Assembly: GCF_006345805.1 (NCBI RefSeq)
Contig: NC_043007.1
Span: 3,410,001 to 3,474,000 of the forward strand
Direction: 5' to 3'
Length of the DNA stretch: 64,000 nt
Source of the DNA: Octopus sinensis
Taxonomy: Eukaryota
Every line of letters begins with the position of its first letter. Position 1 is the first letter of the stretch. Below are positions 12,921-26,048 of the stretch, one piece after another. Both the position numbers and the translations under genes were made by a program. The notes beneath the pieces are model-generated. The model did no database searches. It saw only the letters and a list, made by a program, of their open reading frames with translations, and was not told the origin of the DNA.

Positions 12921-15020
12921 ATGCATATTTGATGACTGTTATTTTTTTATTATTTTATTTATACAAACACGTCATGTATTTATTATCTTTACAGATTTCT
13001 TTATGTTTAGAATTCCAATTCATAGAAATTATCGTTGTTATAAATATTATGTTCTCTGCAGCTAAAATTTGTTACGTGAGGAGCGATTGCATTTGCCAAA
13101 CTTTGAATTGTCACACACACCAAATTTTTAGTTTTACATAACATGTATTAAAATCAACATTATTAAAATTTTTTTTAGAACTTCGTGTTTTTGCTATGTT
13201 TAACTTTTATTCCTATTGCGGAGAGCAATTTATTTTAGCTTCTCAATTAACCCTTCCCGACCTAAATTATTTCTTCCTACAGGAAAAGTATTTTCATGAT
13301 TGAAAATGTGTCATGTACCGAATTCACGGTAACTGTATAATGTAATTACGTGAAAAATGTGCTTACAGGTTACAACCAGAATTTTGAAAAATTACCATTT
13401 GGAGAATAACCTGCATAACTTTTCACGTGAGTTAACACACTGAAAGCGATATGAAATATGACTTCTGCGAAATCTTAATTGCAGATGGCTGTGATCAACT
13501 CTAAGTTCTAGCACCATTTGGTAAATATATTGTTCCGATCACGAATGAAATGAAGATAGAATATGACAGCTTGCGTGCACGTGCCACAAGTATACAAACA
13601 CCATATTGTTTGTCCAGCTCTCTGTTTGCGCGCTTGAGGTTCGTGCATGATATAAAAGGGTTGAGCAGACTAAAACTTTTAGTTTATTTTTATTCCCGAG
13701 TCAGGAAGGGCGGCTTGCCAATGACCCTTTACAATGACCGAATCCAGTAAGAGAGAGTGTTGGAGTTGTCTTCAAACCAGAGACTTTTCTCCCGGACACT
13801 CGCAACAGAGTAGTCTAGGCCTAAGGTAACTATGCTTTATTGTTGTTCTTAAGCAACAAGACGGGTAAGGGTGATTAGGTGATGGTCTAGGGCTTAGGGA
13901 CAGGAGACCCCAAACCTTGGGAAAAAAAAACTTTGGTCGTCTTGTTGTAGTCGAGGGCTCTTCGTTGACGCCCGACATCACTGGGAGGTGGCCCTCGAAG
14001 TCGCTGGAATTGGAGATCTTCAGGTCCAAATTCTTGAACGGCAGGTAACTATGCGGTCAGGTGATAGCATTAAGACGAGTGACGGATTCAGTCTAATACT
14101 CAAATTTATCAGGTTGTCGAATATCCGCTGAAAAAATTAAGTGTTTTATTTCAAAAACTGTTTTATAAGATTGCAATACTTCAGTTATGCTTAATTATAG
14201 CGAGTAACAAACGGTGGAAATTATCTTTTCTACCAAAGTTTATAAATTCTAATCGTTAGTTTTTTGTGCCAAAATAAACCATTCTACACAATTGCAAACA
14301 CAGTTCAAAAATTTTATTAATTCGTCTTTATTTCAGAAATATTCTCTTTATTGTCTCCGTCAATATCAACACAACCAACGAACAAATCTACCCTAAGGTT
14401 TGCTATTAATACTCATACAACGCTACAGGTAGATTTTAATTCACCCCATATCCATTTGGCACCCCTGTCTAATGCTTTGTAAGCATTTTTGTCAACTTCT
14501 TTTTATGTCTTTCGTTATGGCGAGACTTACGAAGGTATATTTTGTTTTAATGTACGATGTATAAGGAAACTTCAAAACTACATCTTGTTAAAGTTAAACA
14601 AAATGAGTTTATACTGGAAATATTTTATAATAGCGAAATAGCACTTCAGCGCTTTAAGAAACTTCGACTCTTTGACGAATGTCAGCCTTCTACTATTGGA
14701 CTGGAAGTACTAGATTCTAAATGTAGTAAACGTCAGAGGGTTGGTAGATGCAAATGCAAGAATACATTTACTAATAAATTGTAAATGTCTAATAAAAAAA
14801 TATCTGTGAGTTTCTGGATTTCTTTTACCGACAAGAAAAAGAAATAACTATGTAAGAAAATGTTGAAGAGTCATCTAATTTATAAATATTAGTACACGCT
14901 AGAGGGAAAGTTGATTCCGGTATACTTAGTCACTGCATTGGCTAAGTACATCGTAATCATCTTTCTCTCTCGCTTCTACGAGTCTGTATAAGTACTTAGT
15001 GGTAGACATTTAAGCCAAAA

Positions 15021-15230
15021 TATGCAAAATATTCCTGGCTTTGGATAAAAAGAAATACCGGAGGACCAGTTAATTATGATTTTAATCATCATATTCCTCT
15101 CTCAGATTCACACACTTATTGCAATGGTCCTTCAGTTTTTCTAAGCCCTGTAAAAGAACTCAGAAGGTTGGGACTCCAACCAGGCCTTTCGGGATATCCT
15201 TATAGCCAGGGACGTTTCAGCACCCTCTCG
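15021..15230 (-). mobile_element. Mariner-derived MITE (5' TIR fused to the transposase C-terminus)
   Basis: TA|CGAGAGGGTGCTGAAACGTCCCTGGCT end. Frameshifted remnant AWLESQPSEFFYR.LEKLKDHCNKCVNLREEYDD*. The other TIR is degenerate (AAAGCCAGGAA). Confidence 0.65.
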
Positions 15231-16317
15231 TACTAAACGGATTCTATTCCGTAATGCTTGACTTAATTACGAGACATTTATTAGAGATGGAGGCACGACC
15301 TATTTTTCGATTTTTTCATTTCCAGCCCGCCAAACAATGAACAACTTAGGTTATGTATTCGTTGTATTGACAAGCGTTTAGCGGCCAACGAGAAGTGCCT
15401 GGGTTTTATTGCTCGACATGCAAAATAACTAAGAATATTTTCATGGATGTAGTCACAGGACTAAAAATACTTATATACAACTGGAGCGACCAATGTATTG
15501 GAGAAGAATCTGGGTTAGCTGAGTGTTGGACGAACTTCATTGGAAGAATTTTAACAATATATTGTCACACGTATTCTTTGAGAATGTGAAGAAACTATGG
15601 TGCAATGTAAGATAGTATCTAACGTGAGAGGTAAAACTCAGTATATCTTTACGCTAATCAAAGACGAAGGATTTACTAAATGAATTGAAAAAAATATGGA
15701 ACAGAATTTGAAGGAAATTTGGCGCTTAATAGTATTTTATATCTAAGTAAAATTAGATGCAGCGTGTCTGCTAAATACTTTCGACGACTCCTTGATAGTT
15801 TTTCAATCGTATTCAGGCATTGGCAAGAAGATGCAAATCTACAATTCGAAATTGATGTTCTGGTTGTGCAATTGACTCCCAAGCTCAAATGGAAACAGAT
15901 AAAATATCGTTAACAAATGGACATGGAGAACTTGAAATTACAAAGCAAAACATGAAGAATGACTATTCACCTGATACCATCGCTGATGATATTGTGCGGA
16001 AGGCAGGGACATAACATATCATCTTTGAACCGAGCTCTAAGAAATATTGAAATGGGAATTAGCAAAGGTACACTTCAGTCGACCATTAAATACTTGTGAA
16101 TTTGGAGGTCGTAGTTACACGATAATCTCTTTGATCAGGCAAGCTTCAAAGTGTATTGAAAGCTGGTAACGTTACTTCCAAAGGTGATCAGCGGGGAACA
16201 TCTCATCACAAATCAATTTTATTCAGGAATGATACAGCAATGGTACTGACATTAATTCTCTGATAGTTCAAGGAAGAAAAAGAAACATGCAACAGTCAGC
16301 ACCAAGTGTGAAAGATT

Positions 16318-16440
16318 TATAAAATTTGCCAACTTTTACTGGTAATTCCTGCATCATCAGCTACGGCCGAATGAGCAATTTCTTTGGCAAAACGATTAAA
16401 GACATGTCTTCTGTCAAGAATGACACAAACGAGATTTACA
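16318..16440 (+). pseudogene. hAT transposase C-terminal dimerisation domain remnant
   Basis: YKICQLLLVIPASSATAE*AISLAKRLKTCLLSRMTQTRF matches the hATC pattern L.IP.SSA..ER.FS..KR.KT.LR..M.Q.R. The TGA is a likely CpG decay of CGA. The remnant may extend upstream. Confidence 0.75.
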
Positions 16441-17056
16441 TTCGTTGGCTCTACTTTTGTATCACAAGCAACGGACTGCCAAAATAAATCTGGCTATAGT
16501 TACTGCAGAATTAATTCTTCCAAAAGAAAACCAGCCAAAAGAATGTCGGCAATTCTGATTGATTTGATAGTAAATTGGTTTGAAAAGCCAGGTTTCTATC
16601 AGTAAGATTGCTTTCATTGTTAAAATGAAAGAACGGTGTTAACAAATTAATATTTTACTATGCAAAAATTACAAATGTTAACCAAAACCTTCCACACCAG
16701 TCAGTTGACACGTATTACGGTGGCAGAAAAATCCTGCATTCGTCACGTTTGAGTGGATTCATAATCTATGTACGTTTATATACTCTAGTAATTTTAAATT
16801 TTGTATATGTTGACAAAGGTTTGTTTTTTTTTTCCATCTTCACAACATGTTAAGTCTAATTGTCATTAATTCCGCCGCATGAAAACAGTTCCTTGATGCT
16901 TAGATGTATCAACTCTTCCGGTTATTCTAGTGTTGGCGTGCAGGACACTACTGAGTGATTAATGCGGTCAACGTTGCCCGTTGACCATTGACAGTTGGTC
17001 ACTTCTAAAACAATAGCAAGAACACACACACAGCAACATGGATATAATTGCTTTCG

Positions 17057-17122
<66 letters not shown>

Positions 17123-17827
17123 CAGTCGAAGCCGCATAGGCAAGACTTTAGTATTTAAAAAATGCAATGCACTAAATGATTTCCATTCAGGAAATGGACA
17201 TTATTTTTCTTTTGTGTTTCCTCGTTTTTCTTTTTCTTTTTTCTTTTTCTTTTTGCCTTTTGTTCGTCTGGTGATTTTTTTTTTTTTGTTCTTTTTGGTC
17301 GGTTGATCGATCACTGTTTTCAATCGGAAACTAGTATTGCTGAACAGTCCAACACAAGACAGCAAAAATAGAACTAGGAGCAAATACTTCAGAGGAGATT
17401 TCCGCATGGGAGATGCATCTACGGTCGACTCCCACGAATTTAATATCGGGAGTTAATTCCAAAGATATTAATTACATCTAACCGAATGTTTCCAATAAAT
17501 CAAAATAGAATGCTGTTGTTTAGCTGAGGGTCAATGCTTACCAATCAGACATATGACCAAAGAGATGCCATATATGACCATCTATTCCATTTTTTATTAA
17601 AGAATCAAAGACAACGCGCTTAATTATTTTCGTTGTCTGCTTTCGTATAATCCTTGTAACGGCGCTGGAATGGCAGAAACGGTAAAGTGTCGGATAAAAT
17701 GTGTTAATAGTATTTAGTTGAGATTCATTGACTTTTGTGTTCAAATCCCACCGAGATCATCCTTGCCTGACATATCCGTGGGGTTCTATAAAATAAAACA
17801 CCAATCAACAACTGGGATCGATACTTG

Positions 17828-18015
17828 TTTCTTTATTGCCCACAAGGGGCTAAACATAGAAGAGACAAACAAGGACAGACAAAGGGATTAAGTCGATTAC
17901 ATCGACCCCAGTGCGTAATTGGTACTTAATTTATCGACCTCGGCGGAATCTGAACTCAGAACGGAACAGCAGACGAAATACCGCTCAGCATTACGTGCTA
18001 AGGATTCTGCCAACT
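17828..18015 (-). mobile_element. SINE family C (tRNA head plus Nin/Deu-like domain), young-tail subtype, internally deleted
   Basis: Reverse complement of the 44328-44558 sequence. It abuts an older, diverged plus-strand C fragment at ~17738-17822. Confidence 0.85.
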
Positions 18016-19310
18016 GGAATCGATACTATCGAACAACAACCTTCACTCAAAGTATGTGTTTGCGTGTGTGTAGTATGTTATTGTGAGTGTGCGTGTGTGT
18101 GTGCGTGTGTGTACAGAAGTATGTTCAAGATTTTCTGTATAAAGTTACCTAATATGGCAAGTAACTACTAACACCTCACAGACTCTTTTACCTATATTTT
18201 TAGCAGTATACAAAGTCATTAATGTATTTTGTATAAGATATCATTTTTCAGTCGATGATAGCTCATACTTCTAATAACACGACAGAATACATAACATTAT
18301 ACCAACAAGGGAATTTTGTATAGCACAACTTACCAGAAACATTAGCTAAATCCCCCTCAATTATTCTTTAAAAATGAAACGACACTTTATAGTATAATCT
18401 CGAAACATAAAAATCTTTTAACAATATCACAGCTGGAAATCTTGTTGAGAGGTTTTTCAGTTCAGACAGACCTATATCTAAACAAAAACATAGGTAAACT
18501 GCTGTCTTTTTCTTTTTTCCTTTTTGAGACTAGACGAAACACCTGCGATACATACGAATTCATCAAGTTTACAACTTTGTAAATTAAAGAAATTTGTAAA
18601 CAATTTGCCCATTAGCGGATTCGTATATTTCTTTGTTTGTGGAACTGTTCACGATCTAAAAGAAAGAAAAAGCAGCTTGTGTCCTATTTATTTTTGTCTT
18701 ATGGGATAAATATTTGTTTTTAATGTCGCTAAAGCCATTTGAAACAACATCCAAACATTCAGAACTTAGTCATTTGTAACAAACCAACAGGAAATGGAGC
18801 TGCCTCTGAGAGTCACCACTTTACCCATACTACTTCCCATAAAAAGAAATTCGAGAGCAAATTAGAAAAAAATATACAATTGGGTAATGTATTTTGTCCA
18901 ACGTGTAAACGACGAGAAGGCCTTCGGCCACTGTTTTTAGTGTGAAAGACGATGGAGGCTTTATGAGGCCCAAGGCGCTATCTTTAAAAGAAAAAAAAAA
19001 AATGCCCTTTCTGTTAATCCATTCATCACTATTTCCTGTATAATATCGATTAGTTCTTCGATCGCGTAGTTTCTAGTTAGGTACGATCGTCATAGACTAG
19101 AAAGAATAAAATGGGGGGGGGGTGTTAGCCACGCATGAACGGTTCGGCAGGAGTTACACCAAAATCACGTAGCTGTACCAGATTAAAATAAAACTGATAT
19201 GGCCTACCTTCAAATTTGCAATAATAGGTAATGGAACATATCCTCGAATGAGGTTAAGGCTATACTCATTTCTTTATCGTTCATTTCTTAATAAACGATG
19301 CTACCTTGAA

Positions 19311-19932
19311 GGCGGTGAGCTGGCAGAACCGTTAGCACGCCGGGCGAAATGCTTAGCGGTATTTCATCTGTCGCTACGTTCTGAGTTCAAATTCCGCCGA
19401 GGTCGACTTTGCCTTTCATCCTTTCGGGGTCGATAAATTAAGTACCAGTTACGCACTGGGGTCGATGTAATCGACTTAATCCCTTTGTGTGTCCTTGTTT
19501 GTCCTCTCTGTGTTTAGTCCCTTGTGGGTAGTAAAGAAATAGGTATTTCGTCTGTCTTTACGTTCTGAGTTCAAAATCCGCCGGGGTCGACTTTGCCTTT
19601 CATCCTTTCGGGGTCGATAAATAAGTACCAGTTACGCACTGGGGTCGATATAATCGACTTAATCCGTTTGTCTGTCCTTGTTTGTCCCCTCTCTGTTGAG
19701 CCCCTTGTGGGCAATAAAGAAATAAGAAAGATTAGCATGCCGGAGAAAATGCTTAACTGCATTTCGTCCGCCTTTGTGTTCTGAATTCAAATTCCGCCAA
19801 GATCGACTTTGCCTTTCATCCTTTTCAGGATCGATAAAATAAGTACCAATTGAACACTGGGATCGATATAATCGACTTAACACCCCTTCTTCGAAACAGC
19901 TGACATTGTGCCAAACTTTGGAACCAACATAT
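19311..19932 (+). mobile_element. Tandem array of three SINE C units
   Basis: Units 19311-19542, 19543-~19728 and ~19729-19932. Each has GTCGACTTTGCCTTTCATCCTTTCGGGGTCGATAAA.TAAGTACC or a close variant (Nin/Deu-like domain). Confidence 0.9.
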
Positions 19933-20962
19933 GTTTCTGTTTCAATTGGCGCCAGCCCCAACAGCGCTGTCCTTCCTAGATTCCAACCAAACAACGCATA
20001 TATATATATACATAGGAAAAAATCCAAACATACCATAATATTCAAATCGCTTAGGGACAATATTTATTTATTTTAATTTTTTTCTTTGTTTCACCAGTTT
20101 TTCTTATTTTAATGTTCTCATAAAAAGACAAAAAGATGAACAGGTTACTATCATGGGTATTGCCATATTTGTTTATTATTATCGGAGTCATGTCGCTGTA
20201 TGTGTTATTGATAATGTCGTTGATCTTGTTGCAGCCGTCGACGACGTTGCAGTTCTTGTTGGTGTTGTTAAATTTTAATGAGAACATAGCTTGCCCGCCA
20301 TTGAATATAATTATAAAAGTAGGTGAAACATCGATTTAATGGTGAAATATTCATATTAGAAAGACTGAATTGAAGATAATTGAAGGTGAAACATTAATCG
20401 CCAATGTACATGTTTGATTGTTTGATAAGGTGTGCATAAGTGTGTGTTTGTGTGCGTATGTGTGAGTGTGATATATAAGGTTTTATGCCAGTAAATTTTT
20501 TTCTTATCGTGTGCGTGTGTGTCCCCGCGCGTGAGCTTGAAAGTGAGTGATGGCGAGTGTCTGCTAGTTTATGCGTTGGTTCCATTCAAGTTTCGGTTAC
20601 CTTTATGTGGCTAATATTCGATTTCCATTACAATATTCAAACAAATCATTCACCATGTCAGATTTCATAGCACATTACCTATATACGTATGTATGACACA
20701 CACACACACACACACACACGAAAAAAACTCTTCCTGACGTAAAACCTTATGTCGCAATTTATGAGTGTTAGAGAATGACACAAGCAACGATCGGTCGGCC
20801 GTATATGTCGGCTGGTTCGAATCACAGTTGAAGCGCTCACAGAACGTCCGTGTGGCCAGCGTCTATCAGCAAGCAACAATGAAGTCCACTTTCAAAATTC
20901 ACGAATTAGATTTTTATTTCCATGAGAAGTCATTTTAGCCACAAAAATACACAACAACGGTC

Positions 20963-21180
20963 ATTCTTTTATTCTTCCACTTGTTTCAGCCATTTTACTG
21001 CGGCAATGCTGGAGCACCGCCTTTTTAGTCGAAGAAATCGACCTCCGGACTGATTCTTTGTAAACCTTGTACTTATTCTATCAGTCTTTTCTGCCGAAGT
21101 GCAAAGTTATAGGCGACGTAAACACACCAGCATCGGTTGTCAAGCAATGGAGTGGGGAACAAACACAGACACAAAGACAC
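20963..21180 (-). mobile_element. SINE family B, 3' half
   Basis: Reverse complement of the B tail. Confidence 0.8.
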
Positions 21181-21326
21181 GCATAAGTACATACATACAG
21201 GAAACGGTTCCTTGATCCTGGTTTAATTCCTGTCAAGCCATTCGGTGTACGGTTGTGTTCCGTGCCCGTTTGAACTCTTAACCAGACAAACAATTTCCCC
21301 TCTCTTTCAATGATTAGAGTCTAGGG

Positions 21327-21545
21327 CAGTGGTTTTCAACCAGGGTTCTGCAGAACCTTAGGGTTCTGCCAGTACAGTGCAGGGGTTCCGCAAGAAGTTA
21401 CAAAAATGCTAAAATCAGCAGTAATTTTTAAGTCTCCTGTGCAGATATGTGTGCATAAGACTATTAAATTATTGCACAGGGGTTCCTCGAGCCAGTGGAA
21501 TGTTTCCTTGGGGTTCCGCTCCAGCAAAAGGTTTGAAAAGCACTG
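21327..21545. mobile_element. hAT (Charlie-like) MITE, 219 bp
   Basis: TIRs CAGTGGTTTTCAACC / GGTTTGAAAAGCACTG. Exact 8-bp TSD GTCTAGGG at 21319-21326 and 21546-21553, fitting the NTCTAGAN preference. Subterminal GGGGTTC(C/T) repeats. Confidence 0.92.
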
Positions 21546-22525
21546 GTCTAGGGAGTGGGGGCCATAGTTGGCTCAGCCACTCTCGATATACTTACACGGA
21601 ATAATTTATTAGGCTTAATTGTGTGACTGAAAACAAAACGCAACATTAAATAACAATACAAGTTATGAATACGCAATATAAATTACGTCAAGAAATTATA
21701 GCTACAAATTTGTTACGTATGTAGCGGCAGCATGAGTGCTCTTGAACTTTAGCTGCCCATATTGTAGTTTTTTAAAACCTTATAACTACCCATTTTGGTT
21801 CACCACGTGATGGTCGGATTCATTTAATTTTACTTGGACCGCCCTCATCTCTAATGTTATGGACTAGCCTATCGTCTGTTCATCAGTTATAAAATGGGAA
21901 GTTTTAGCCTTTCAAATCGTGATGGAGGATGGTTTTGTTATGAGCTCCCTGGGACTTCGATGTGAAAACAATTTTCAATTCATTCTGCAGTTTTCAGCTT
22001 CAACAGATTTAGCGTCTTACCAACATTCGAATAGCACTAACCAACTAACCAAAATTTCTGCGATGCTGTATTTCAGGGTTTTTCTTCTTCTCTAACCTTT
22101 ATATCTTCATTTTTATGAGCATTTAAATCTCTATAATGTTTTGACTAATATAATATCCTACCAGTTTCCTGAATCAAATTTTAGCAATAGTAATAAATAA
22201 ATATTCCTTTGCGATCACTTGCAGCTTGTCTCTGAATTCGTTTATTATTATCCATCTTAAATTCATTTGACAAAAGACATAATATATCAGACCTTACTGC
22301 ATCAACAATATTACATACCTTTATTACTAAAAATTGGTTTTGCCAAAAGGTATTTTATTAAAAGATGAATTTGTTGTCATGAAAATATTTTCTAGATATT
22401 TATCTTCTAAATTAGTTTCTTTCATTTGTTGTTTCACAACTCCACGTGTTTGCTTATAATACTTTATGTATCTGCGATTGTGTGCGTGGATGTAATGGCT
22501 GTACGGTTGTATATTTGCTGTGTGT

Positions 22526-22847
22526 GAAGGCGCGTAACTTAATGGTTAATGTATTCGGCTGACGATCGTAAGGTTCTGTGTTTCAATCCGGGCGTTGCGT
22601 TTTGTCTTTGAGCAAGACACTTTGTCATTGCTCCAGCTGACTCAAGACTCTACCAGTAAAAACTAGTTGTACCTGTAATTCGAAGAACCAGATTTATCGC
22701 TGTGTGTCACGCTGAATCTTCCTAAGAATTACGTTATGGGTAGGCGTGTCCGTGGAGGGGTCGGTCACTTGCACGTTAATGTTACGTGCAAGCTGTTCGG
22801 CTGGCGAATCAACTGGAACACTCGTCGTTATAACCGACGGAGAACCA
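22526..22847 (+). mobile_element. Older SINE A-related copy with a Meta-domain-like centre
   Basis: tRNA head, TGTCTTTGAGCAAGACACTTTGTCATTGCTCCAGCTG, then an A-type 3' half ending GTCGTTATAACCGACGGAG. Confidence 0.7.
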
Positions 22848-23214
22848 GGCTACGAAGTGTATATGTTACTTAGCCCCCTTTGCTCTCTCTCCCTCTCTCT
22901 CTCACTTTCGTCTCTTTGTCTCACCTTATCACTTTCATCCTGTCTTTCGATGTCCTTCACTCTACATTCTTGTCCCTTTCTCCCCCCTCCCTCCCTCTCT
23001 CACACAAATTCCAAATACAAACGTATTAACAGGGACCTATGCACGCATGTATATATGGGTCTATATTAGAATCTATCGTACCCTTGCTTGGGCACACACA
23101 TACACACACTCATACACAAACGCACACTCTGTAAAGTAAAATAAAAAGATCGAAGACCATTTTCCGAGCCAAAAGCTCATGAGGGCCGACTTCCCGGATT
23201 CTGTAACACATATG

Positions 23215-23370
23215 TTCCTCTCCGGGAAGGAACGCCAGTCCGTCGCAAGATTACTCATCTTCACCAATTTAATGGGCCCTGGAGCAACGTGAAATGAAGT
23301 GTCTTGCTCAAGAACACGACGCATCGCCCAGTCCAAGAATCGAAACCACAAACTTACGATCATGAGTGCG
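23215..23370 (-). mobile_element. Meta-domain-like SINE fragment
   Basis: CTGGAGCAACGTGAAATGAAGTGTCTTGCTCAAGAACAC...GAATCGAAACC (reverse of the tRNA head and central domain). Confidence 0.65.
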
Positions 23371-23409
23371 TGTGTGGATGTGTGTTGATTACTGGTTTGG
23401 GTATATATA

Positions 23410-23760
23410 GGTGCAGGCGTGGCTGTGTGGTTCTGGGTTCAGTCCCACTACGCGGCACTTTAGGCAAGTGTCTTCTGCTATAACATCGGACCAACCAAAG
23501 CCTTGTGAGTGGATTTCGTAGACGGAAACTGTAAGAAGCCCGTCGCATGTGTCTGTGTGTTTCCCCCCAATCCCACCCCCAATTGCTTGACAACCGACGT
23601 TGGTGTCTTTACGTCCCCGTATCATTAGCGGCTCGGCAAAAACGACCGATAGAATAAATACTAGGCTGAGAATGAATAAATCCTCCTGGGATCGATTTGT
23701 TCGACTACAGGCGGTACTGCAGCATGGCCACAGTCAACAGACTGAAACAAGTAAAAGGAA
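23410..23760 (+). mobile_element. SINE family B
   Basis: Head, central TG run and tail match the family. Confidence 0.85.
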
Positions 23761-24230
23761 AAAAAGAAAAAAGTGTAGACATGTATATACACAAGTAAAT
23801 GTACATAAATACGTGCACGCATCGAATGCCCAAATATATTTGTGAATATATCCACGCGCACACACACACACACACATATATATACAATGGTCTTGGTACT
23901 GACAGCTGGTTAGCCTGTAACATTAGCAAGACATGTATAGATCACCCGAAATCGATCAATAACGTCTAATCAACGCATCCAATACACATCGTCCCATACC
24001 GAAATTAAATAGATATTCCGATGCGATGATTGCTGCTATACAACTCCGATATCTGGCAGCCGAAGTCACTTATTAAGCGATAGCTACGACAGAGAATAAA
24101 CAAAATGGAGTCAGGTAGTTGTGTAGAAGATTCATGGCAAAAGGCGTAGCTTTAAGACGCCACATGATATGTATTCGGTGCACGTCTTGAACACACATAC
24201 ATAACTACATATTCCAGTTCCTACATTCAC

Positions 24231-24235
<5 letters not shown>

Positions 24236-24304
<69 letters not shown>

Positions 24305-24499
24305 ATATATATATATATATATATATATATCTATATATATCTATATATCTATCTATATATATAGCTAAATATATATCTATATATATCTATATATATATCT
24401 ATATATATATATAGATATATATATATATCTATATATATATATCTATATATCTATATATATATATCTATATATATATCTATATATATATCTATATATATA

Positions 24500-24535
<36 letters not shown>

Positions 24536-24539
24536 TCTA

Positions 24540-24592
<53 letters not shown>

Positions 24593-24619
24593 GTGTGTGC
24601 GTGTGTGCGTGTGTGCGTG

Positions 24620-24663
<44 letters not shown>

Positions 24664-24679
24664 TAGATAGATAGATATA
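24236..24679. repeat. (TA)n with periodic TC interruptions, (CT)n, (TG)n, (TAGA)n
   Basis: Direct reading. Confidence 0.95.
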
Positions 24680-24812
24680 GGCGCAGGAGTGGCTGTGTGG
24701 TAAGTACCTTGCTTACCGACCACATGGTTCCGGGTTCAGTTACACTGCACGGAACCTTGGGCAAGTGTCTTCAGCTGTAACCTCGGAACAACAAAAGCTT
24801 TGTGAGTGGACT
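24680..24812 (+). mobile_element. SINE family B 5' half, truncated by the ORF1-like element
   Basis: GGCGCAGGAGTGGCTGTGTGG...TGTGAGTGGACT followed by an abrupt switch in sequence. Confidence 0.85.
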
Positions 24813-25911
24813 TTAATACGAGCCTGGGTATGTGGGTTACCCCCAGGCTCCGAAGCGGATTGGATTGAAGATACCATCTGACGGGGACTGGGATATGGCG
24901 GCCCAGGCTCTTAAATGTAAGGGTATTGCCGGCGGTCGATTGGGAATGGTCAAAAGCGATTTTGACCCTGTGGACCCCATCGGCCGCAACAGGTCTGGTT
25001 TTTCCAGATTTCTTGAAAATGGCTGGGTGCAGGTATCCGGTGATACTTGAGGGACGTCCCCACTAGTGTTACTCGTGCCTGCAGCCAGGCCACATTAAAA
25101 GGAACTACCCCCAGGACCATGGTAAGATCCTGGAACAGTCACTGGATGCCACCTCCCCTACCCGGTCAAAGGGAGAGGTGGTTGTGGTCGAGAAGGCTTC
25201 AGCCTCCTCAACTCAAAAAGGATTAAAAAGGAAGAAGGCGGGCAACAATAGTTGCCCGCCGAAGGAACCTAAGGCTTCGGGAGGCGGGGGAGAGTCTCCG
25301 GACAAAGCGAAAGAGCTCCACTCTCCCGAAGTCAGGAAGAAAAGAAAAAAGAAGGAAGAAGAACGGCTCATCTCAGCGGGGAGATGATGTGCCGTCTGCA
25401 TGTCCCGAAGTTGTGCCACCCACGGTGGAAGAAACCACCCCCACCCTTAAAGATGATCAATTAATTATCTTTTTCTATAAGGGCGGAAAAAATAGAAGAA
25501 CATAGGCAGTAGATATGCCTTCACACGGGACCCCGAATGGCCTCCGCAGATATCTGTGGAGGTCATTAAGTTTCCCTTGTGGGAAAGGCTTGAAGGATTT
25601 GGGGAGGAGTGTCGCATATGTCCGGGTAGCCCTTACACGACTTACATGTCCTACATGAGTGAGGCATGGGAAATGGCGGGATACAGAAACTCAAGCGGCA
25701 TTGAAGATAATGATGAATATATCGATGGATATATCGAAGAGTAGGAGGTGAAAGACCCCCGTTATAGGGTTTGAAACCTCATCTTATTGTATTATTTGTA
25801 GTGGTTTATAACCTCAAGTGTGTGTTTTAAAAAAAAACATGTTAAGTAAGAGGTTTTAGTGCCTCCTTTTGTAAGAGGTTTGAAACCTCATATTGATTTT
25901 TAAAAAAAGAA
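24813..25911 (+). mobile_element. ORF1/gag-like (CCHC zinc knuckle) retroelement remnant lacking ORF2
   Basis: One frame 24869-25387 with a single internal TAG: ...VFPDFLKMAGCRYPVILEGRPH*CYSCLQPGHIKRNYP... (CX2CX4HX4[C>Y], 25067-25108), then a basic low-complexity tail. The 3' end has repeated GAGGTTTGAAACCTC hairpins and A-rich tails. Confidence 0.7.
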
Positions 25912-26048
25912 TATATATTTTCGAGAAAAATCCAATCGGCGGATGTTGGGTTTCGTCTCATTTATTCATTTTATTTCATTTTCATTCATTAATGTGTTTG
26001 TCCAGCCCGCAAAGCTACACACTCTTTCATGACAAATTTTATGAAATA

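Noticed and set aside
13247-13440. piggyBac-type end TTAACCCT
   Set aside because: No convincing partner TIR
13818-13836. Resemblance to the 28S rDNA R2/I-CeuI target (CCTAAGGTA, GTAACTATG)
   Set aside because: Only short words match and there is no flanking rRNA homology
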